This document shows positions 54,201-64,000 of a stretch of DNA of 64,000 nt, in pieces. A program made the translations under genes and the position numbers. Below the pieces are notes generated by a model, which was not told the origin of the DNA, did no database searches, and saw only the letters and a program-made list of their open reading frames with translations. Location: positions 2,946,485 to 3,010,484 of the forward strand of contig NC_134027.1 in the NCBI RefSeq assembly GCF_964204645.1. The letters run 5' to 3'. Each line of letters starts with the position of its first letter. The first letter of the stretch is position 1. The DNA is from Tubulanus polymorphus. Taxonomy: Eukaryota; Animalia; Nemertea.

Positions 54201-57200
54201 AATTGCTGAAATTTCGAGTGTTTCACACAAGCGACTATTGTTCCCAATATACATTCAGCTCCATATACTTAAAAAACTTTTATCTAAGATATAGCTGATA
54301 TTATTATGTCCTATGCTGATTTGAATGCCTGAATCTAAAATGAAAGGAACTTTTTTAAACGAAATGAGCTCGTTATATCAATTCAGAGGGTGTATTTCTT
54401 TCTGTGATTTTTCTATTGTAACAGACAGTTGATTACCGGCGACGACTATTTTTGTGAAATTATGACAACATGCGTTTTGAGTTGAATTGGAGGTGAAAAC
54501 CTGAAAAACATACATCGTTAATAGAACAAGTTTGAACCGGTCCAGTCCATGCAATTATAAATACTTACATGAAATATAGCCATATGGACCTTCAAACAGA
54601 TACGCAAAATAATTATATCTAGTTTCTTGAGGAAAACATAAAAATGATTCAAAATATAGTTTCTCGTAACAGCGAGCATAGTATCGATGTCTTCTTCAAA
54701 GGATCGGCCATTTTAATCTTTATTGATTGACATCTTTTTAACGTAATGATTAAAACTCCTAAGGCAACATGTGCACGTGAAATGCTACAACAGACGGCAT
54801 TCAGTTTCAGGGGATGATAATTATGAAATATTCAGTGTTTTTTACCTTCGTCGAGAGTAATCGCGTCAGGTAAATTTCGGAGACCATTTTACTTCCTCGA
54901 TCGCCTTCTTTATGATTATCATTATCGTGCTGTTTCACCTAAAAAAATAAAACATAAAAAATAAAATCACGCGCCGCACGGACAATCAGCAGTAAAATGA
55001 AACCGCCACATCAGGTTTTGGGCGTCAGAAAATTGCTTTTTCCTTTTTTCGTTCGTCAATAGTTTTTTTAGGAATGATTTGATCGTGATCTACGATGAGT
55101 AATAGCGATGATAAATAGACTACAAACGAGTAACTTACGAGATGGAAATTTTGCCGGATGTTGTTATCTATGTCTATATGATGCAAAGTTGTCATGGAAC
55201 TGGGAGAAAGAGAACAATTCATCTGCGGACTGCTGTTAGCGTAAACGTTCTCTACAAAGACACATACAATTCATTTCAAATCAAATAGTCGGATCTGCTG
55301 CGCGTTGCTGTGTGTTATGAAGCAGTTACTACGTACCGTATTTAGGATACATGGTTATTTTGTCAGGTGTGTATGTGACGCTATAAATAGGGTTCACCCG
55401 ACGAACTAGAGCCATCAGAGCTCCATCCGATACTTTATAGTGCGCTAACGTATTAAGTCGCTTAAAATCACCGTCCATCTTTGATGTCATGTCTTGATCG
55501 TTCAATACCAAACGACCTTGAACTCCTGTTCTCCACTCTACAAAATTGATTGAATATCCAATTGAATTTTTTACACCCGAGTCGTAAAAAATATGTAATG
55601 ACACATTAAGAGGTGACATTGTGGGATTTCTGGTCGGTGGATATTACTTTTTAACGGGTAATTGGATTTACACCTGACAAGAAGCCACAGAAGAAGCTAT
55701 CGAAATGACCATTAATGCTCCCATTGAGCGACTAAATTATTGCTATCAGAAATCAGCAAAAAAGTAGCCTCGGATGGCAGGTTGAAATTTTCGAAAAATG
55801 ACTCACCGAGATCTAGGTCATCTTTATTAGGTCTGACGGAGAACGGAGCATTTTTGTAGATGGCATCGAGGATCTTTTCTTTCACCTGTGAAATAGTATC
55901 GACGTCGAGAACGCGTACTGGATGTTCCTGACTACCGTACTGCAGATCATAGTCTATCACATTCAACGTCTGCGAAGAAAAAAAAACAACATCAATAGGT
56001 TTCCATTACTGTCATGACGAATAAAAACTATTAAATCAGAATTCGCCGGTACATTAGCAGTCTCGGTTGATCAGAAATCGGATATGTACCATTTGGCGAT
56101 ATTCGACTTGTTGACGGATTAACTTGTCTTCGCTCAATGAATATTTAGCCTCACTAGATACAGCATCGACCGGACCTTTACTGACTTGTTGTTTGATAGC
56201 TTGAAACACCATAAACAGCGGTTCCCCCACGCACTCCTATACAATATGATAAACATTATTTATCAAACAGTGATTCGAGGCATACACATACGCATTGAAC
56301 AATGAAACTAACCTTCAAAAATCGATAGAGCAAGAAAGCGAACCAGTTGGTGAGCATTTTTTCTCCTACAGAATCAGTTCTGGAATAAATGAATTATGAG
56401 ATTATAATTTTTAATTGCTGAGCTCTTAAAATCATTGTATGAACTGTTAAAATCTGTGTTGGCAAAAATTCAGAATACTTCACCTTCGTAACAAGAGTTT
56501 TGGATTATTTCGACCTTCCATAGACTTCTCGATCAGCTCGGCCAACAGCGTTTTCAAAATGCTGAAATAACAAACTCAATTGATTATCACGATATCTTCA
56601 TATACGATGAGATGAGATAAAAGCCAGTGCATTAATCATATGATATCCGTTGCGTTAATCTCTGAAAGGATTACGCAGTGTTAAGTCAATGAATAGAACT
56701 TACTCGGTGTAGTACATCATGTTACAGTGTAGGGCAACCGATATCAGAGATGCTACATTGACCTTGTCTCTCATTGTAAACGATTTGCTCGATTCTAACG
56801 TCCTGATGAATAGTAACAGGAAAGTTTTGTTATGAATCAGTTGCTCGAATAGTTTTAGTCCACGTTCGGTTTGATCTTTTCTCGACCCGCCAAACTGAAA
56901 AATGATAAATACATTGATAAATGAATAATTTCATTGGGGGTAAGTTCCAACAGATATTAGTGATGAAATACTAACCTCGAGTTCCCTAGTAATCGGGTGT
57001 TTGTATTCGTCACATGTTGGAAATAGAATCTGGATACAGAAACTTCGATACGGCAGAAATGGAATACCGACAACTCCCGAAAGGTCACTAGTGAGTTCTG
57101 TCATGTCCGTCTGAAGTTCAGCAAATGCTGAAAAAAGAAATACATTCGGGTTCAAATGAAATACAATAATATCATAACCTTTAAAGCTATTTGAGAATAT

Positions 57201-60200
57201 ATTATGCGACGATGACTAAGGAACATTTTCACAATGTATCAAGAAAGCGTTCAAGCTACAACAACTAATAATAGATACATCAAATATAATACATGCATTG
57301 TAATAGCTCTTGAGAACAAGTTTTACACTGGCAACTATCAAGTAATGAAGGGAGGAATAGAATCAGAAATATTGTACCAGTATCAAGAGTTGCTCTAGAA
57401 ACGAAAACACCTTAGTATCTATCGTGGGCTGTCAAGAATAACAGGTACCGGTAGGTGGGTAATACAAATACTATCGGAATGAGTTCAGAAAGTTCCTTCA
57501 CTCATGCAAGAGTTATATGAACAACCATTAATATTGATAATTTACCACCAGACACGTTAATCATGTACAACACCAAAAAGATGATTATGTAATTCAGTAT
57601 GAAAGTAATACATATTCTAGAACTTCCAAGAATGCAGTCAGATTCAATACTCTAACTACTACCATATAAATGCCCATTTCTTCTAAATCATATCCCTTCC
57701 CCTTCACATCTTCCCCTGTTAATGTCATTTACGTAAGATAAGTTCATTCAAAGATCAAAGAGATATGAAGGGGACACTATTTGAAAGAAATGGACACTCC
57801 GATAAATATGAATGAGAACAAAATGGCATAACACGACATCGATGAGCGGTACAAACCATGCAAGCCAGTAATTATGCTTAATTCAGGCATGATATGCTGC
57901 AATTCGTAGAATACTGAAAAGGAACGCACACAACGATCAAAACTAAAATAAATTCTCATGCAAAATTTTCACCACATCATACACAATACAGTGAGTGATA
58001 CAGGATTGATTATTTTTTTAGTATGGAGAATATGGATTCAAATCATATGTAGCCAGTTACGATTCTTCCTTAAATAGAATTATAGACTTCATATGAACTG
58101 AACTTTGATCGGATTAACTAAGCATTAGATCATTATTGTTAGTTTGGGGGTTTAGTAAGAATGTTATTTAATAAATTGAAGTTAAAACTAACTAGACGTA
58201 GACAAACGGACATGGCAGCATCGACATACAGATTCATGATTGTTACAGTGACTGTCAGAGGAAAGTGCGTTTAATCAATTAGTTCATTAGTTCAGTGATT
58301 CATTGATCGTATCGTTAGTTCATTACGCGGTGATTATGACATTATGAAAATACCGAACCAATTATGATTTTAGCAACAAAATTCTTCAAAATTCATCATA
58401 CCAGCGATAGTTTCATAATTACCTTGATCTAGAATATATAAACTATCCTTGAAAATTGGAAACTAACCTTCTTTACACTCTTTAGCAACTCTACATTCCA
58501 GCACATCCATCTCTTTCTGCATGCGTTTCATGACGCGATCTCGTTCTTTTGATTTGCGTTTGTAAGCGATTGCTACAGCAATGATGATTAGAATCAGAAC
58601 ACCTCCGCTGACAGCTATACTGATAATCATCGTGTTTGACAATACACCATCCGGTTTATCATACGTTAAATGTCCCAAGTCAAACGTGAGATTCGTTCCG
58701 ACAATTATCTGAAATAACGTTCATTCGCGTTATAAATGAAACAGGTTCATTCGCACGAATACAGCGTAGATATGAGGTGAATTATGGTCTGTTTTAAAAA
58801 TACCTTGACTTTAGGGTTCCCGCCTCCGCCCCCGATTGATTTTGGCTGTTTTTCAGGTGGTCGACAGGTCAGCTGACTCGAAGCTACCGATGTCACCGCG
58901 CAAAATCCATCACCAATTTGAACCGTAACGTCCGACTCTCTCAACGCAGAATTAATATTCTTCCCCTGAAAACAAATAGCAGACGTATATAACGTAAATC
59001 TATAAGTCAATATTACGTGTTTATTTCTATTTTTCGACCATCAAATAACTGTAAATAATCGAGTATGAAGTATATAAAGAGGTTAGACACTTTTATTACT
59101 GTAATCGCATTGATTCCGTTACATCTTTGGTCACACCCTAACAGTCAAAAATCAGTTAAATTGAGCAATAGAGCAAATAATTGGTGTGAAGAGAATGCGT
59201 CACTTACATTGATCGTGAGGTATATATTTCTGGTCTGGAATGAATGCGTGCCGTCAGGAAAACGCTCGAAGTCTGGATTTGGATGGATTCCGAATAATGG
59301 TCCGCCGTCGGTGTCGTTTTTCTTTACTCGGATGTTCTGCATGATGAATCCATAGGTAAACTGAGGCGCTTCATCATCGGTGTACTGGATTCCGGCTTCG
59401 GATAAATCAGGTGACAAACAAACCATTTCGGTTTGCGAAGATATTTGGCAATTCTGCAATAACAATCAATTTTTGATGTTTACGTAACTCTCAAAGATAT
59501 TCATACGGCTAGATAAAAGGGTTGGATTTGTGAAGATAACATTTTCACAACCTGGCCTGAAAAATTAGCAAAAATTATTGTTGTTCATTTCGACGCTAAT
59601 GTTTTCAGAAAATGATCCATTTTTTCACATTTTCTAGTGGGAGGACTCCTACAAAAGGCTTACATTCGTATATTCCTTGCCTCGCACCATCATGTACATT
59701 TTGGTGTTTTGCACGGCGTCTAAGTTTGATCCACGGACGTTTATTCGAACACCACCGCTGAAATAAACAAACACCATAAATATCCAGTCAAAACGCGAAG
59801 ACAATTTCACTTGTTTTAATCAATATACGGAGGATGAAGATTTACCTAACAATAGCCTTCTCGCGCTCGACATTTAGTACAGTCGGATCATCAACATATC
59901 TGAACATTTGATTGGTATACTGCACTTCATATCCATCAAATGTCGCGTGTACCAGTCCACTCGTCTGTACCATTGCTGGACTCGTAACACAAACCGTCGC
60001 GTCCTGACTAGTGCTAATCAATGAAAATAAATCAATCATGTTTAAAGCGATCACAGCATCGTGATCAGAAAAATCACAACAAATAACTTCAGAACAATGC
60101 AGAAATACGTATGATCTTCCCGATTCGAAAAGTCAAATGGAAGCTAACCTGATAATGCGACACGGTAAACCTATAATCGTAGCTCTGATTGTAGAACCAG

Positions 60201-60967
60201 CGTTCATATCATTACCATAAAGTGTCAGTCTCGTGCCACCGGAAAGCGGTCCTTTTAATGGCGATATCTTCCTTATCTTCGGAATCTGTAAACAAACAGT
60301 TGAGATTTTGTTGACCGGCCGATATTCTGCTGCGGATCATGGATTAAATACGATCTAAATAGAATACATACGACGTAATAAAATGCATTTGCAGATTGTC
60401 CGCTGTATTTGCTTTCGACAGTTACTACAACTGGTCCAACAACTGGAGTTGAACTTGCTGTTGTCTCACAGACAATCCTATAAAACAAAACATAACGCAT
60501 AAATTTCATTATGCTTCCTCGTCCAAGTTGTAATCATCAGTAAATTTCATTCGTATGAATACTCACTTCTTTGCCTTCACGTAACTCGTAATTCTGCAGC
60601 CGTAATTCGCGACCTTGACACTGACATCGCTTTGGATTTTACCTAAATTCACTCCTTCGATCGTCAAATTAGTGCCACCACGAACAGGACCCGAGTTCGG
60701 ATAAAACTGAAATCAGAAAATTGCGCAATTAATTTCCAGTGATCAAATCAATGAGGCCGTGTAAACAAATACTAGAAGTGGAAGAGAAATTCCTACCCGT
60801 ATGATCCTAGGGTTTGGACAAGTGGCAGTGGTGCTCAGGAAATTTCCTTGGCTACACGAAGTTCCGATACTACAAACTGGATCACACCATCCACAGTAAT
60901 ACTTAGCATCCAACGTCAGACAGGTTCCGCAGTCACTAGCCATCGCTGAGCATTTATATACTTTCAC
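51262..60967 (-). CDS. PLXNA: Plexin-A (partial: third PSI domain, IPT domains, TM, split RasGAP with RBD); 5' exons lie further right or outside the window
   Basis: [14 protein letters not shown]...[128 protein letters not shown]. About 22 exons; stop at 51262. Confidence 0.96.
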
Positions 60968-63504
60968 TAATAGATTTAAAAGAAACAATAACATTCATAT
61001 TTATCAGCTTGAGTACATTTTACATTACATTTGACGAATAGAATTTTATTTTTATTTCTTCAAATGACATTCATATTTCTTATCAATACTTTTGCGAGAG
61101 CAGATTTGTTCAACTTAAGGCGTAATTAAACGCTATCTTCGAATTGGATATTCAGAAACCTATAGGACCATTGATATAAACCCACTAGAAAAGAATTAGC
61201 ACAAAAGTATTATTAATAGGTTATATCGCAGACTGTAGCAGAACTTAGTAAGCTAGCTCGTGGCAATAATACGTTGAAATGGGAGCTGAAAATTAACTGG
61301 AATCGAGGTAAAACCGGGTTTAACCATCTTCCAAAAGGTTTATATTGCTGTAAAAGATGTAAGACAGTTGTTATTCGGTTATGGGTGATCCGAAACAGGG
61401 ATTCAAGCACTTTTAAAATTTGCTGAGATCTTAATAATGTTACTGATACTCAGTGAGTTAGTGAAATGGGATGGGGAGAATTATCATTCTTTGTCAAAGC
61501 TGCTGGAAAACATGAACCATGAAGTGAAACGTCCTTAGATTTCTCTTGACAAGTGTGGTAAAAAGAAGTTGGCGCTATACAAGCTTGACCCAGAATATAA
61601 GACCAAATTGTCACTACCTATACATACTCCTGAAGATTCTTTACTTACAAACCCAGAATATGTATACAGGTATTTATATAACCTGACAAATATAGCTTGG
61701 GCTTTAGACTTAACACATCAAAACAAAGGTGATTCCATTCCAGATTGAACATAGCTAATAACAGGAGACACAAGGATGGATTCTGTTTAGAGGAAAAGAT
61801 GAGTTAAAAGAAGAAAGCCTTTTCATTATCGCATTCAAGGTATTTCTAATTTCTTTTATCCATGGGACCAAATTTATCAAATAAACGGCCACAGATCTTA
61901 CAGATACAACGAAATACGCTGTTCTCCCAACGGAAATTAGATTTTCTTCTTCCAACTAATCCTGACAGCAGTTTTTTAATATATATTTGTACATGTATAG
62001 TATGTATGAATAGATGTTTTCAGGGGGAGGAGATTGATTGCATGGGCAGACGGGTGTCGTATGGTACACTCACTCAGACTCTGATAAACTGGGTCAAACG
62101 CAATAAAAAAAACTATTTTTTTTGTTATGCAGCAGTTATTGTGAACAAAAACTGTTTAATGTGTGTGTAGAAGCTGCACACTCATATCACACGCAGTGCA
62201 CAAAGACAGTCCCCAAAAAAAGACATGTTATTTCGAGGAACAGCTTGGAGTCTAATATCATTATTCATTATACAACAAACGCTGTCATAGAGCCATTCTT
62301 TTATTGAACAATAAAATTTGTGCCTAATGATGTCAGACAACTGAGTGAAAAACTGGATTACTCTTTTTTAACGTGAACTGTAGATTTAAGTTACAAAGGT
62401 CAATACCATTTCTCTATATCTATCTACACATAAGGATAGGATACATTAATGATATCCATGTAAACATCGAAGTGTTAGAACTTAGTAGAAAAATAAGTGG
62501 TTAGTGTTTTACGTAAATGTCTAACTGACATTTATGATTATTAGAAATCTTTTAACATCTATTCCAATTTCATCGATATAATAAAGGCTACACATGTAAA
62601 TATCCACCGTATCAACAGTTATATTTCTCAAATTTAGCTGGCATTGACCTCGAAATGTTACAAGTTTGATCAGAGTGGCCCATGCAATTAGTATATAGTA
62701 TCTTATAAAACTGACTTAGAGTAAGTGCGATTACTTAACTCTAAGTATTAACCATAGCTGAGCCAGAATTCGGGTAGTCACAAGAGTGTATCATTAGATT
62801 TGAAAGAACAACCAATTCTTAACTCTCATTCATTCAATTACATGTTGCAGTCATCAATTTGCTAATTAAACTGTTTTTCTTTATTTCTAAGATAAAGTCT
62901 CCAATTTCATAATCGACGTAAGAGTTAAGACACTGATTGGTTTCCTTACGTTGTAAACATCCTAGGATTAATTAGAGATTAATTAAAATCGGGATTAAAT
63001 CAATCCAACTTAGCTTTGCGGAACAAACATCAACTCACCGTGAGGTTTCTCTATTATATATAGAAAAAACGTAAGAAAAAATGTTATACATCGAAAGGGA
63101 AGAGAGTCTGGTGGCATTCTAGTGGCCGGGTTTATTCAGAATAAACTTGAAAAGGTAATTACGTTACTAATTAAAATCAATGAAATTATTACAGTTTCAT
63201 TGATGTTGCTTGCACGTAGTGGAGCGCGGAAATTGAAGAGGGGATGAACAAGCGACGCAAACAAAGTATTTTTTCCCTGTCAATGAAGTTTGCCGATGAA
63301 ATGTCTCTTAACAAATCAAACAATAGCGTAGACTGTAATTTCCGCACGAAACATTATCAACGGGATATGATTGAGCCCTGATATAAAAATCCCGTAGCAA
63401 GAATGAAATATAAGGTCTGAAAATTTTCCTCGAGCTACTAGTAGTAGTTCAATATTTCGACTATATCCCAATACACATCTTCAGAAATACTATATCATGA
63501 TACA

Positions 63505-63578
63505 TGTATGTATGTATGTATGTATGTATGTATGTATGTATGTCCGTACGTACGTACGTATGTATATATATATATATA
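63505..63578. repeat. Compound microsatellite (TATG)n-(TACG)n-(TA)n
   Basis: Directly visible. Confidence 0.95.
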
Positions 63579-64000
63579 CAATTCAGAACAAAGATGTTTT
63601 TAATGCTGATATATTACCCTTAGTTCGTATCACATCTTATTGCTTGATTAGTTTTTCTGTTCTGGATTCTATATAAATCTCATAATTTTGTCATAAAAAC
63701 TGTAGTCTCACAACTGTTCCTGAAGTTGACTTTGTAAGAAACATTGAACAAACTACTAGCCCAAGGAAACTTATCAAACTTTATTTGTCATTCTTAGAGT
63801 TGGATTTTAAAATAATTGTTACAACATGGAGAGTGTTTGATCAATGGTTATGACGAAGCCTATAAACCCGTTACAGGTCTCATAGCTAAATGAATTTCAG
63901 TTCAAATGTTTCGAATTTGAATATGAATGAAATGAAAGGCCGATCGCAATTACGTTAAATCAAAAGTAAAAGACGAAGCTAAAGCCATGCCCCAGATGCT

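Noticed and set aside
61000-64000. Further plexin exons, for example a short candidate ending at a GTGAGT donor near 63038
   Set aside because: No plexin-like peptide could be recognised; the region is treated as intron.

Overview
AT-rich animal (invertebrate-like) genomic DNA with short spliceosomal introns; it is not prokaryotic, and most entries in the ORF track are exon fragments or noise. Gene order: 5' part of a PCTAIRE kinase (CDK16/17, minus; first coding exon missed by the ORF track), SLC35B4 (+, with a U12-type intron), an intronless bacterial-like YbaY/YscW-domain gene (+), AFG3L2 (+), APEH copy 1 (-), MRPL42 (+), APEH copy 2 (-), a C3orf84/HDNR-domain gene (-) and the 3' two-thirds of a plexin-A (-). 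The most unusual elements are: (1) a young 3.9-kb LTR retroelement in the CDK intron with apparently identical 946-bp LTRs ending TTTAGCAA...TTGCTAAA instead of TG...CA, a 4-bp TSD, a triplicated tRNA-Ala-type primer-binding junction, an intron-like duplication inside the LTR, and gag joined to a chromodomain remnant with pol deleted; (2) one APEH exon that is almost identical between two otherwise divergent paralogs, with identity ending at the splice sites; (3) three nested DNA transposons in an APEH intron; (4) an unexplained GC-rich structured segment upstream of AFG3L2. All comparisons were made by eye, protein identities come from remembered family motifs, and exon boundaries may be off by a few bases.
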